Of a stretch of DNA of 64,000 bases, positions 12,076-25,600 are shown in pieces; within the stretch, counting starts at the first letter, position 1, and each line of letters opens with the position of its first letter. The notes under the pieces were generated by a model, which saw only the letters and a list, made by a program, of their open reading frames with translations, searched no databases and was not told where the DNA came from. This DNA comes from Macrostomum hystrix (taxonomy: Eukaryota; Animalia; Platyhelminthes): NCBI GenBank assembly GCA_950097015.1, contig CATNEN010000039.1, positions 9,486,001 to 9,550,000 of the forward strand. The letters run 5' to 3'. The position numbers were made by a program, and so were the translations under genes.

Positions 12076-14098
12076 TTTCCTAACTGCTGCAATGCATGTG
12101 TTTGAAGTTTATTAAGTTACTAGGCTTTGTTTTTGACACGCTATGGACTTCTTTGAAACAATTTAGTCATAATTTCTGTCATTTTAAATGTTACCATATT
12201 GTTTTTACATTCACTTGCACAGTAAAAAGTTTTCTAAACTTAATCATGCATGGTAACAGAAAAGGCTTAACAAATATTTTAAGTTAAATATACGTAATAA
12301 GGTATTAAGGTAAATTATACACTTTTTCCTGACACATTTTGAAAATACCAGTTGAATTATTATTAAAAGAATTGATACAAACTGGCCAAATCTATGAATT
12401 TATTCACAGTAAAGTATAAGCATGAAAGCTGGGAGTTCTAAATAAGTTTTGTCTCTGTTATAATTTTTTGTATGTTTATATGCTTAATACGTTTGCGAAC
12501 ACATTTGAATTATTAATACAAAACAAATATTGTTTTGCATGACTAACTGCTCAGCAAAATGATTACTTACAATTATTTTATTAGCTTAATTATTAGCTAC
12601 GCAAAAAACGCTATTATTTAGGTTTTTCAGAAAAAACATGTAAATAGTTTCTAGATGTAGGAAAAATTATTAAAACTACCCGATAGAAGTAAGCGACAGG
12701 ATATTTCGATACATTTAAGGAAACTAAAAGTTATAGCTTTTCCGCGATAAAGCATTCATAAACAATTAAGTAAGCTTGCTTGATGAAACTAAAAAAATAA
12801 ATAACTAGTACCCGTTACCTGATAGTTGCAAGCTTACGAAAAATATATACAATTCTCATAATCCTGAATTTGTTTATAATGACATCAGAATAACACTAAC
12901 ACCGTTGTTTCGGACGGAAAAATGCAAGGTTTTAATAGCAAAAACTTAATGTCAATAAGAAATGCTGTCGAAAAAATAGAATAATTTAGCAGTAATGACT
13001 GAAAAAATTAATTTTGGTAATAATGTGCTAATATGTTTAACCACATGTATTCCGAACCCATTTTAATCTACATTCATGTTTGTCCAATCAATGTTTTCCA
13101 AAAAGAACGTTTGTTAACTTGGATTAAGAATTCATTTTCTATTAATCATTACTATAGATACATTTGAGTTTTCACCAAAAGGGATGTATGCTCGGTTGTT
13201 CGTCTTTTATAAGTAATAGTAGTTGAAATAAAACTGTTTCAAGCATTGTGGCAAATTAATGACATTTTATTGGCTATCAAATCAATGTATTTTTTATACG
13301 AAAACAATTGATTCTAAAATATTTTTTGTTTTTTTTGCACATGAAAGTGTATGCTTTAAGCTGACTGCATGCAGGCGTGAAGATATTACAGCATTTCCGT
13401 ATAGCATAAGCAAAGCGAATCCAGTAATTAAGAAGCAAATTATATTGCAGCAGCAGAAACTCTCCGGCTACAACTACGTTGTACTATACGCATTGCGAAA
13501 TTGTATGAAAAAATGATTCTCAAAAATATGACAGCATTCAAATGGGTGGATAAAGTTGGAATTATAATCCCATTGTGTAGTAGCTGTTCTAAAGACCAGA
13601 CAACAATTACAAAAAGTCAATGACCGAATATACATGGAATTGAAAGTGTTATATATTGGATTAGATTTTGAATAATGCATTCGACTATTGGTAACATAAA
13701 TAGCTATTTGTTTAAATCACAATATTGCTTTCAAACTGCACAGTCGAACAAGGCCCGGATAACTGGAAGTAATGTACATTCATGGTAGGATGTATTTCCT
13801 AATAACATCAACATGCATGCCTACTTTTAGTAGCTCGTTGAGAAAACTATTTATATAATACATAGGCATGCATCCGAATATAAAGTAGAACTGTTTTTAG
13901 TTACATAGGTAGACGTGAATTTAACATAGAAGGCCTGCTATTAAAGAACACATTAAATAAGATCATGCAAGAAAATATTGCTATCCGAGATAATTCTTTA
14001 ATTTTTGTCTCAAGTTCTTAAGAGAATCAGCAAAACAAGCTTCAGAACGGCTGGCTCTCAAAAGCCAGCTGAAGGTCATGCAATCCATGGTGAAATTG

Positions 14099-17000
14099 TC
14101 AGTAACGCGAAGCTGCTCCACCATCAGATTGCCTGAAATTAGTTCAGGCACCGAGTGAAAAGAGGCTCGCTGAGAGTGACTAATAGTGAGTTAACGTGAC
14201 TGAGGGTGACTTAAAGTGACTGAAGAGTGACTGAGGGTCAGTGCACAGAGTGACTGAGGGTCAGTGCACAGAGTGACTGAGGGTCAGTGCACAGAGTGAC
14301 TGAGGGTCAGTGCACAGAGTGACTGAGGGTCAGTGCACAGAGTGACTGAGGGTCAGTGCACAGAGTGACTGAGGGTCAGTGCACAGAGTGACTGAGGGTC
14401 AGTGCACAGAGTGACTGAGGGTCAGTGCACAGAGTGACTGAGGGTCAGTGCACAGAGTGACTGAGGGTCAGTGCACAGAGTGACTGAGGGTCAGTGCACA
14501 GAGTGACTGAGGGTCAGTGCACAGAGTGACTGAGGGTCAGTGCACAGAGTGACTGAGGGTCAGTGCACAGAGTGACTGAGGGTCAGTGCACAGAGTGACT
14601 GAGGGTCAGTGCACAGAGTGACTGAGGGTCAGTGCACAGAGTGACTGAGGGTCAGTGCACAGAGTGACTGAGGGTCAGTGCACAGAGCTCGCTGACTCAC
14701 TTGACTTGCAGAAGAGTGCGGCAGCGGCACTGCAGTCGGCTGATCTTCTCGAACACCTTGACAGCCGGGCCAAGCCTAAGGCCTAGTCCGGTGAGCACAT
14801 CCATGCGCTTCATCAGCATCAGTGAGGCACCGTCAATCTCCTGTTCAACAAATGCCTGGGCAGCCAATGGAAAGCCTTCGTTCTGCAGCCAGCAGCGGAC
14901 CTGGGCGATGCTCCACTGGCTCGCGTCTCCAGTCTGAGGCTTAACGAGCTGCTGCTGCTGCTGCTGCTGCTGCATGGAATCAGATCTAAAATAATTACAG
15001 AATTATTCGTGGATACATGTGCTGGCCCTGGGGGACAGGTGAGTAGCAGAGCTGTCTAACGCGTTTGCCCACATTCTTATTTAGGGCGCAGCCGCGGAAG
15101 AGAAGGCTTGGGGGCTTGTAGTGCAATTCATGCCCTTGAGCGCCAACCTCCAAGGCACGATGAAAGTGTACACTGCCTGACGGACGATGAGAAAGTCATT
15201 GCAGATGTACACACGGTGTGAGTGCGTGCCTGCTTACAGTATCTGTGTGCGTGTGTGCTCAGGAGTCAGCGAAATGGGCAGAACTGCCTCCTCGCTGGCT
15301 GCGGGTCTGGTGTCACCAAATGAGTGCCACAGCCCTCCTGCAGTATATACTCTTCTTATATATGTGGGGCTCTTTTTTCGATACAGCCTGCTAAATCATT
15401 AATAAATTGTCTAATTAGCATAGCTAACTCGTATTTAGGATTTAGGACTCATATGATAGCTACAAACAGACCCGTCATGAGTAGCCGCAGCTTCATCTTC
15501 ATCGCGGCAGTGGCTGCAGACCCATTTAGCATCGCTGGCCGGTCTCTGGCTGACCCGGGGCCGGTGGCAGCTAACATGGTAGCCCTTGTCGCAGGCGTCA
15601 CAGATAAGCATGAGCTCTGGGTCGCCGCTGCCGCTGCACACGCAGCAGGTCTTGCACTCGGAGCATTGCCACGGCGACTGGCAGGCGCGTTGAGCCAATT
15701 CAGAACTGTACTGCATGCAACTTGGGTGAGCCTGGCGGTTGGAGGAGTGTGACTTCATCAGCTTATGAAGACCGAATTCATAGATTATAGGATTAGAAAA
15801 TGGCACGTGGATTAGAAAATGGCATGTGGATTATAAAATGGCACGTGGATTAGAAAATGGCATATCAATTAGAAAATGACATGTCGATTAGAAAATGGCA
15901 TGTGGATTAGAAAATGGCACAAAACCCGAACAAACGCCCAGTGATTCCGCGAACCTTGTGCGCGCAGTCGCGGCACCTCAGCATTCGCTCCGGGACGCCC
16001 ATTCGATTAGCGGCCGGCGGCGACTGGCAAAAGTCGCAGACGTCGGCCGAGGCGCCGATGCCGACGCTGACACCGACGCCGGCGTCGATTGATGAAGACG
16101 AAGCGGAGGCTGACGAAGCCGACGTTGGCACCTTCGGGTTGTTGTTGCCGCGTCGGCGACGTCGACGGTGGCTGCCGCTGAGCCGGAGGTCCTGCGCCGA
16201 GCCTCGTTTGCTGGGCGGAGGCAGGAACTCCGAGCCATCGTCGGCCTCGCGATGAGAAGAATCCTTATTACTTCGACGGCTGCTATCAGCGACGGATTGC
16301 TCGATGTCCAGGTCGACTATGACAAGTTTGGACGTCGAGTTGGCTGCAGCGGCAGCGGCGGCGACGGCTGCTGCCCGACGCCCCTTGGCCAGCTGCAGGC
16401 GCTCTTTTCTGCGCCGAAGCGCTGCGTCCCGCTTTGAGCCGTCCAGATCAAGCTGGTAGCGGCTGGGGCCCACGCGGAACAGGCGGCCGGCTGCGGCCTC
16501 GCGTTCGAGCGCTTCGGCCAGATCGGCGGCCGACATTGTCGACTGATCGTCGTCAGCCTGCAGAAGGACGATGGTTGAAAGTGACGACGATTACATCTAT
16601 GATGACGCACTCTCGATATTCGAAGTTCAGCTTTATATAACCGCATCTACAAATCCCATTCTAAATTCTTAAAGCTCAACTCTTACAGAGATTTCTTACG
16701 TCATGCTTTAAAAAATCCATGTTTTGTTCTGCTATAAATTTCTTTTCAAAGTCCCGCTTAAGAAAATGGTACAGTACCAATCTAGGAAATCCAACTTGAA
16801 AAATATTAAAGTCCCGCTTAAAAAAATTCCCTAGTCCTGCTGTATGAAATCCTCAACTCAAGTCTCGCCATATAATATCCCTATAGGTTCCGCTCTATAA
16901 TATTCTAAAGTCCCTCTCGAGAAAATCGTCAAGTCCCGTTCTAGAAAATCCTTGAAGCCTCGCTGCAAAAATTCCCTATGTTCAGCTCAGGAAAATCCTA

Positions 17001-18353
17001 AAGTCCCGCTCTGGAATATCCTCAAGTCCCGTTCTAGAAAATCCTGAGGTAACCGCTCCTGGAAATCCCTAAGTTCCTCTCCCGGAAATCCCCAAGTTCC
17101 TCTCCCAGAAATCCCCAAGTTCCGCTCCTGGAAATCCCTAAATCCCGCTCCTGGAAATCCCCAAGTCTCGCTCCTAGAAATCCCCAAGTTCCGCTCCTGG
17201 AAATCCCTAAATCCCGCTCCTGGAAATCCCCAAGTCTCGCTCCTAGAAATCCCCAAGTTCCGCTCCTAGAAATCCCCAAGTCTCGCTCCTAGAAATCCCC
17301 AAGTTCCGCTCCTAGAAATCTCTAAATCCCGCTCCTGGAAATCCCTAAGTTCCGCTCCTGGAAATCCCCAAGTTCCGCTCAAAAAAACGATCAAGTCACT
17401 CCAAGAAAATTATTGAAGCCACGCTCCGAAAAATCCTCAAGTCCCGCTCAACAGAAATTTTCGAGTCCCGCCAAAGAGCTCGCGAGTCAAAGGCCTAAAA
17501 AAATCTAAATCAACGCGCCTGATGCTGCTGCTGTTGCGTCATCATCCGACTGTGCAATAGCTGCGCTGTGAAACTGGTGCCTTCTGGTAGGTCTTGAGCA
17601 GCCGTGAGCACCCGCTGACTGGTTGCCGGGCTATTCCTACCGCTGGCCAACTCTTTGCGCCTGTGCCAGCTGGATGCATTGCGGTAGGACACCGAGCCTT
17701 TGTACTCCACCCGCATCACCTGGCGCTGTTCCACTAGTCGCTGCAGTATGCTGGACACCGCATCGCGGGTCAACTCGCAGCCACCGATGCCGGATTCTTG
17801 TTGCTGCTGCTGCTGCTGCTGACGGCAAGCCTTTAAATAGGATTAGTTGATTAAGGATTATTAAAACAGTGTCGGTTAAGTCAAGTTAGGATCGATTCTT
17901 AGCTGAGAAAAATAATTATTTGAAGAAATCGCTAATTCAAGCATTATCGGCCATAGACTATAGCAATTACTAAAGTAGAAAAGGGTTTAGTGTTCATGGA
18001 ACCATAGGCGCAGCATCAGTCGAACATAAAAAAACTGCGCGAGTCCATTACCAGGTGTCGGAGTTACTGCCTGCACTCTAGACTAACAAAAATTAGTATA
18101 CAATAATCACAGCGCGTGATAATCGCTAATTTCTCATGGTCTGATGTACAAAAAAGATAAGTCACGAACAATCAAGACTGCGAGTTGGGATAGGTTTTAC
18201 CATAACAAAAATGCGCTCAACATCTGGCCTGGCCTTCCTATCGCGCAGTTTGTCAATCACATTTAGAACGGTCGTCATCCAACTATTCAGTTTGAGCTCG
18301 GACTCTGCTGCCGCATCAGCGGACGCTTGTAGCGGCACCGAGTCTTTCGACAT
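14099..18353 (-). CDS. SAMD1/KAT6-like chromatin protein: winged helix + second WH-like + double PHD finger + SAM (about 548 aa)
   Basis: Exons 18353-18201, 17830-17519 (GC donor), 16557-15955, 15731-15472, 14985-14701 and 14132-14099, all phase-compatible. Motifs: VIDKLRDRKARPDVERI, VMRVEYKGSVSYRN (SAMD1-type WH), CDFC..CRDC..HPSC..WQCSECKTCCVC..CDACDKGYHVSC..WVC (DPF), WSIAQV..EQEIDGASLMLMKRMDVLTGLGLRLGPAVK (SAMD1/13-type SAM). Confidence 0.85.
14215..14690. repeat. 23 bp minisatellite (GAGTGACTGAGGGTCAGTGCACA)n, intronic
   Basis: About 20 perfect copies; the unit has the hairpin ACTGA-GGG-TCAGT. Confidence 0.95.
15065..15345 (+). mobile_element. tRNA-derived SINE family A (intronic, head degraded)
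   Basis: Homologous to 5880-6235 over ~280 bp. Confidence 0.75.
15789..15920. repeat. 19 bp tandem repeat (GGATTAGAAAATGGCAYGT)n, intronic
   Basis: About 7 copies. Confidence 0.85.
16900..17450. repeat. ~22-23 bp minisatellite (GAAATCCCCAAGTTCCGCTCCT[A/G])n, intronic
   Basis: Homogeneous core at 17050-17380 with degenerate flanks. Confidence 0.9.
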
Positions 18354-19850
18354 CGTAAAAAATGTTGCGACAATAATTTTTCTCCGGAGACCAGACCAGC
18401 CTAAAAAAGAGCTACTGTGGGCTCTCTCTTGTTAACTAGCTCAGAAGCGGCCTCTTCTCTTAAATATTTCCTCTTAAATATTAAGCAAGCCTGCCTGGGC
18501 TATGCTTTCGGACCAACTCGCACGTCGTACTCGTACCGCGCCGGCGTTGCTGTTGCGCGCAACTGCCGCCGCCGTAAAAGTCGCGCCCGGCGGGGCCAAC
18601 AAGACCTAGCGAAGGGAAACGGAAAGAAATTTGGCTGGAGCTGGGGCCGGGCGGGTCTTGGCTAGCTGTCGCGACCGTGGCTTGTGGCGGCGCTGGGACA
18701 AGGCTTTGGGTCTAGAGTTTGGCTACAAGGTAAAGGCCCAACATGGGGCAGTCGGGGCCGGAGGGGGTGGAAGGTTCAATTCGCGCGCCCCGGCCTCTAG
18801 CAGTGGAGGGGGTGGGTTGACGGTCTATCGAGAAAGGAGAGGGGCGGTGAGGTGGCGGTGGGTTCTATTTTTAGAACAGTCTTCAGGGAAAGGCCCGGGT
18901 GGGGGTTGGCGCATCGCTCACCCACTCCCCGAGGTCTCTCACTGGCTGGGTTATCTCACTGTCCGTGGCTTCACGCACGGTCCTAAGGGGGGGCGGCGGC
19001 TTGCCTGCATTGGGGCAGAGGGTTGCGGGCCTTGGAAGTGTGTGTGCGCAGTGCGCACATGCGAGAGAAGACAGAAAGGCATCGACTGTGGAGCAGAGCA
19101 AGAACAGGAATTGCGCTGGCGAAAGGGGCAGCTTCAGCTTTGGTACCGGGCTCGCTCAGCGGCCAGAAGCCTGGCCAGTTATGTGGCGCATGAAAGGGGG
19201 GGGCAGAAACAAGTAGCATGGGGTTGGGAATTTATTTCGCACACGCGAATGGAGACTTCTCCCAATGGCATCGTCATGGTTACCCGCTAGCTGTTTTTGC
19301 GCATTCTTCCTTATTCTCAGGTCTCACTATTCGGAAGAAAATGTCAAATTTTGAATTTCGAGTATTCGCGCGTTCTAGGGTTGTACTTTGTCAGTTGGAA
19401 GCCACTATGCAGTTTGCGGCGCTGGTGACCGGAAAGCCAATATGTTTGGTTAGCCTGTCCTGTTCCAGAATTGGTCATTTTTAATTCGCTGCCACTCGGC
19501 AGCTATAATTTAATGTATTTAAAATTTTACATCCTGATGAAAATTGAAAAAACGGATGTACTCCGAGAATTAGAATCAAGGATTGCTCTGGTTCAGAAGC
19601 GTGCTTGGCAGTGAGCGCATTGGTGTCTTTAGCTTCGAGTTGCAATTTAATGCTCGCAGCTCAAACTTGCGCTTCACTACGACTATAACAGGGAACAATA
19701 GTTTCCAAGGCTTGGCTACTCATGGACTCAGACTATTGTGCTGTGCCTCCTAGTCTTGTTTAATACGTCGAATATAAACCGAAAGCAAATCTAGGGCTCA
19801 AAGAAAATTGTAAGTTTCTCAAGCAGAGGCCAAAATCGTCAGAGACATTT

Positions 19851-22080
19851 TTGTCAGAATCACTACTGTCAGAGTCGCTCTCCCTTCAGAGTCGCTCTCC
19901 CTTCAGAGTCGCTCTCCCTTCAGAGTCGCTCTCCCTTCAGAGACGCTCTCCCTTCAGAGACGCTCTCCCTTCAGAGACGCTCTCCCTTCATAGTCGCTCT
20001 CCCTTCATAGTCGCTCTCCCTTCAGAGTCGCTCTCCCTTCAGAGTCGCTCTCCCTTCAGAGTCGCTCTCCCTTCATAGTCGCTCTCCCTTCAGAGTCGCT
20101 CTCCCTTCAGAGTCGCTCTCCCTTCAGAGTCGCTCTCCCTTCAGAGTCGCTCTCCCTTCAGAGTCGCTCTCCCTTCATAGTCGCTCTCCCTTCAGAGTCG
20201 CTCTCCCTTCAGAGTCGCTCTCCCTTCAGAGACGCTCTCCCTTCAGAGTCGCTCTCCCTTCAGAGACGCTCTCCCTTCAGAGTCGCTCTCCCTTCAGAGT
20301 CGCTCTCCCTTCATAGTCGCTCTCCCTTCAGAGTCGCTCTCCCTTCAGAGTCGCTCTCCCTTCATAGTCGCTCTCCCTTCAGAGTCGCTCTCCCTTCAGA
20401 GTCGCTCTCCCTTCAGAGACGCTCTCCCTTCAGAGTCGCTCTCCCTTCAGAGTCGCTCTCCCTTCAGAGTCGCTCTCCCTTCATAGTCGCTCTCCCTTCA
20501 GAGTCGCTCTCCCTTCAGAGTCGCTCTCCCTTCAGAGACGCTCTCCCTTCATAGTCGCTCTCCCTTCAGAGTCGCTCTCCCTTCAGAGTCGCTCTCCCTT
20601 CAGAGTCGCTCTCCCTTCAGAGTCGCTCTCCCTTCAGAGTCGCTCTCCCTTCAGAGTCGCTCTCCCTTCAGAGTCGCTCTCCCTTCAGAGTCGCTCTCCC
20701 TTCAGAGACGCTCTCCCTTCAGAGTCGCTCTCCCTTCAGAGACGCTCTCCCTTCAGAGTCGCTCTCCCTTCAGAGTCGCTCTCCCTTCATAGTCGCTCTC
20801 CCTTCAGAGTCGCTCTCCCTTCAGAGTCGCTCTCCCTTCATAGTCGCTCTCCCTTCAGAGTCGCTCTCCCTTCAGAGTCGCTCTCCCTTCAGAGACGCTC
20901 TCCCTTCAGAGTCGCTCTCCCTTCAGAGTCGCTCTCCCTTCAGAGTCGCTCTCCCTTCATAGTCGCTCTCCCTTCAGAGTCGCTCTCCCTTCAGAGTCGC
21001 TCTCCCTTCAGAGACGCTCTCCCTTCAGAGTCGCTCTCCCTTCAGAGTCGCTCTCCCTTCAGAGTCGCTCTCCCTTCAGAGTCGCTCTCCCTTCAGAGTC
21101 GCTCTCCCTTCAGAGTCGTTCTCCCTTCAGAGTCGCTGTCTATCAGAATCGATCTGTGAGAATCGCTCACTGTCAGAATCGCTCTCTAACAGAATCACTC
21201 ACTGTCAAAATCGCTCACTGTCAGAATCGCTCACTGTCAGAATCGCTCACTGTCAGAATCGCTCACTGTCAGAATCGCTCACTGTCAGAATCGCTCACTG
21301 TCAGAATCGCTCACTGTCAGAATCGCTCTCTGTCAGAATCGCTCACAGTCAGAATCGCTCACTGTCAGAATCGCTCACTGTCAGAATCGCTCACTGTCAG
21401 AATCGCTCACTGTCAGAATCGCTCACTGTCAGAATCGATCTCTGTCAGAATCGCTTACTGTCAGAATCGCTCACTGTCAGAATCGCTCACTGTCAGAATC
21501 GCTCACTGTCAGAATCGCTCACTGTCAGAATCGATCTCTGTCAGAATCGCTCTGTCAGAATCGATCTCTGTCAGAATCGCTCTGTCAGAATCGCTCTCTG
21601 TCAGAATCGCTCTCTATTTGAATCGCTCTCTATTAGAATCGCTCTCTATTAGAATCGCTCTCTATTTGAATCGCTCTCTATTAGAATCGCTCTCTATTAG
21701 AATCGCTCTCTATTTGAATCGCTCTCTATTAGAATCGCTCTCTATTAGAATCGCTCTCTATTAGAATCGCTCTCTATTAGAATCGCTCTCTATTAGAATC
21801 GCTCTCTATTAGAATCGCTCTCTATTAGAATCGCTCTCTATTAGAATCGCTCTCTATTTGAATCGCTCTCTATTAGAATCGCTTTCTATCAGAATCGCTC
21901 TGTCAGAATCGCTTTCTATCAGAATCGCTCTGTCAGAATCGCTTTCTATCAGAATCGCTTTCTATCAGAATCGCTCTGTCAGAATCGCTTTCTATCAGAA
22001 TCGCTCTGTCAGAATCGCTTTCTATCAGAATCGCTCTGTCAGAATCGCTCTGTCAGAATCGCTCACTGTCAGAATCGCTC
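19851..22080. repeat. Compound minisatellite: 17-mer CTCTCCCTTCAGAGTCG changing to 16-mers CTCACTGTCAGAATCG and CTCTCTATTAGAATCG
   Basis: Blocks at ~19870-21135, ~21150-21600, ~21600-21880 and mixed to 22080. Confidence 0.95.
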
Positions 22081-22680
22081 TATATCTCTATCTCTCACGT
22101 CTTTCAAAGCCGTTTAGACGTATGGCAGGTAGCCGGGAAGGCAAGGTGGGCCGTGTCTCCCCCTAATCGGCTGACGAAATTATGTGGTGCCCCCTGGCAG
22201 TGGCACCCCCCCCTAGTAGTGGCGCCCTCGTGGTAGCGGCGCCCTGCGCCATTTCAGCCAGCTGCATTTAGGTCCAAAGAAGCAGCGCTACCTTTTGAAA
22301 TTACCACCCCTTGCTCTTCTTTCGTTCAGCCGTGCTCGCCAGTTTAGCAAGCAATTTTTTAAGCAAGGAATAAAACCAATGGCATATGTCGAATCTTTAT
22401 TGAATGCTTTACCTACTGGCACCATGTCATGTGAGTCAACGTGAGTTTATACTTGATTATTTTTATTGCGGTATAAACGAAAGTTCCACTAAAAAAGCTT
22501 AGGGCGCTTAAAACTGAGCTAGAGTTTCGTTAGTTTCACTATCTATTTCTTATCTCGCTTGATCAAGAAAGCTAAAGCAAAGATAGCTTAATTCTTTAAG
22601 TGAGACCGTCCATGGGTTTCGCATTTCTGCTAGTTTTTTTTAATATAATTTCATTTGCTTCTTCCGTGCACAGTTTAAGC

Positions 22681-25600
22681 ATGGAGCCATTGTCGTTAAA
22701 GCGAATTGTGACTCCGAAGCATCTGCTGAATTCGCCAGATGTTTTTGGCTGTGTGGACAGAGGTAAGAATATTAATTTTTACCGTTGAGCTATATAGTGC
22801 AACTCCATCAACTCGCCTTATAATTATGAAGATGGTTCTGACGTGGTTATAGGTATAGAACTATGCTTCGAGACTATTCATTACCTGTTTCCAGCTCCAT
22901 ATTTTACTGCTCTATGAGCTTCTACTCGTATATGACATTACCTGGTTCACTAACCATACTCGTACTAATGTTACGTTTCGTGCAGGTTAAAAAAACTGTT
23001 AAGAAGTTTTTTACCTAATTGACAACCTAGCTTTTATATAGTAGAAATTCAGAAAATTATGCATTTTGTTTACATACAACAAATATTAGCCATGGTTCTA
23101 ATGGTTCTGGCTGTTTTGTGTCGCCTAAGTGGCATGCGCTTAACTAACTGCACTTAAACATCAAAACCGATGCTTGCTAAATGTTTCTGTTAGTATAATT
23201 AAATAGCGACGATAAATTTGTACTTTAACTCAAAGGTTTGTTCTGAACTCCAGGATGTTCTCTAACAAAGCTACTCTACGTGAAGGCGCTGCCAAACGAC
23301 GAATCGAATGTGTCGCTGGAGCTGGCTGTGTTCAAGAACAAGGACTTCTCAGAGGCTCTAGACTGGCTAGCGGCTCGGGCTAAGGAGGAGGGCCAGTTTG
23401 ACAAGGGCATGAGGATTCGCGCCACGGGAGTTGGCGGAGAAAAGCATAAAGATGAAATCGAGAGCCGGATGAACATGGAGTGAGCAGCTGTTATTTTGTT
23501 CAGCAGCACTTCTCCATTTACAGAATTAAGAAGGTTGGAGACAATGTTTAAAATGTCTATGGTAATTTGCCACATAGACAAGTTAGACAATGAGGCTATC
23601 TGAAGTCATAGCCGTGGGTGTCAATTTGGCTATTAACTGAAATTCTCAAATTCAGATAATCCCCAAATGAGGGGGTCCAGTGGCAGAGCGGTTTGCCGCG
23701 TTTGCCTCTCGCACCGATGTCCATGAGCTCGATTCCACCGCGAGGCCGCATTCATTTGGGGGCGCAGCCACGGAGAGAAGGCTTGGGGTCTTGTCGTGCA
23801 ATTTACGCCCTTGAGGGCCAAGGCACAGTGAAAGTGCACACTGCCTGATGAGAAAGTCAGGGCAGATGTACATACCTATTTGAGCGTGCCTGCATACGGT
23901 ATCTGTGTGAGTTTGTGCTCAGGAGTCAGCGAAATGGGCAGAATTTCCTCCTCACTGGCTGCGGGTCAAATGACACCAAATGATGTGCCATTGCCCCTAG
24001 CCAGCTGGCCTCCTGCAATTACTATTATTATTATTATTACTATTATTATTATTATTTACCCCTAAATGTCTTACTGAAGAATCATTGAAGGGTCGGGTAA
24101 CAACAATTTAGGGGAAGTTTCAGTGTTTTTGCCTCTGTACAGTTTATCCTACACAGTTCCGTCTTTACAATCGAAGCATTTTTTTCAACTCACAGAGTGC
24201 AGACAGCACACGAATTCATCTGTCAGCAGAAGGGCTCGCACTTTCTGCTAAGCAACTTCGACGAGGAAGTATTCTGCTATCCTAAGAGCGACGTGAAACG
24301 CGATTCTGAGCCACCGGACTGGATCAAGGCGATGCAACAACGCCTGGAAAGCATCTTTCCTGAAAACGATGGCAAAAAGTTTCCAGCCATCTTTGCTTTC
24401 TGTGGATCCGGGATCTCGTTTAACAAGGCAAGATAGAAATGGAATTCGCTTTCAAATCGATTAGTGTATGGCAGGAGTCAACAAATAGAGATTAGACAGG
24501 GGAGAGATGAGACAGGGGAGAGATGAGACAGGGGAGAGATGAGACAGGGGAGAGATGAGACAGGGGAGAGATGAAACATAGGTCCCTGTGCTGAAGAATA
24601 TTACGGCCATGAGAACCATCTAAAATTAAAAGCCTGATAATTTAACGTCACGCAGCTAAACGAAGACGTTACAACTGAAGTACTCGGCGTAAATATGTTC
24701 GGCGGCAAGAGCTTCTTGGGAATGTCTAAGCTAATTGTCGGCACAAACAATTACGACGAGCTAATGCAGCTAGCTGAGAAGGGCTTCCGCGGCAATGTGG
24801 ACACCCAGGTTGGCGAGATCTTCGCGATGGGCGAGAACACAGAGTATCACTCTCTGCCGCCTGAGCTGCCTTTGTTCCCGTTCGGCAAAGCCTCAGAGTG
24901 CGACGGTGAGGACGGGACTGTCAAATGGGCCGACCCGAAAAACCCATGTCCTCGCTCCTGATGATTACAAAGTTCCATATACGTAACGAACTATACTAGT
25001 CTAGGGTCCAAATCCGTCTAAATGTTCCGTCACACAGATTCACCGAATCAAAACTGTCTTTGAACTCTGGTACGCAAATTGAATAAATACACTGTCGCAT
25101 GCCGCGCATTAATCGCAGAGGCCAAGTTCAGCAAGGAGGATCTGGCCGCGTCCGTTGTTGCCTCCCTGGCTTCTGGCATCATACCCCAGATTGCCACCTA
25201 TGCTAGAATGCACCGCATTCGTCGAGTTTATGTGGGCGGTCACCTGTTCAGCGGGAAGATTGCTAGAGACATCTTCAGCAGCATTTGCCTGATGGCTATG
25301 GGAATGGTAAGCAACTCTGCGAGCTTTAGTCTCATTTTGTTTGAATTCTGCCTGCAGTAGGCTTGGCCGGGCCAAGAAATGAGTAATTTCCCCAACCGGG
25401 CCATTAAACGCTCTATGGCAAACTTCAAAATAAAAAATTACTATTTACGAGAGATCTCTCGTAAATCCCTATCTCGTAATCCCCGGCATGGCCCAGCCAA
25501 CAGTCTATGGCTGTCATTTAACTGGCCGGGCCAAGAAATCAGTAATTTAATTGACCGGGCCATTAAACGCCATTTAGTCCCCAGTTGGATTGGCCCATAG

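Noticed and set aside
18631-19290. 219-aa ORF upstream of the SAMD1-like gene
   Set aside because: Non-ATG start, no recognisable domain, and it lies in a GC-rich promoter-like region.
22110-22260. Possible hAT/MITE end (GC-rich GGCGCCC repeats)
   Set aside because: No matching second terminus or TSD could be identified.
23841-23870. Hammerhead ribozyme in the SINE (CTGATGA..GAAA)
   Set aside because: There is no room for stem II between CTGATGA and GAAA, and other copies read CTGACGATGAGAAAGTCAG, a simple hairpin.
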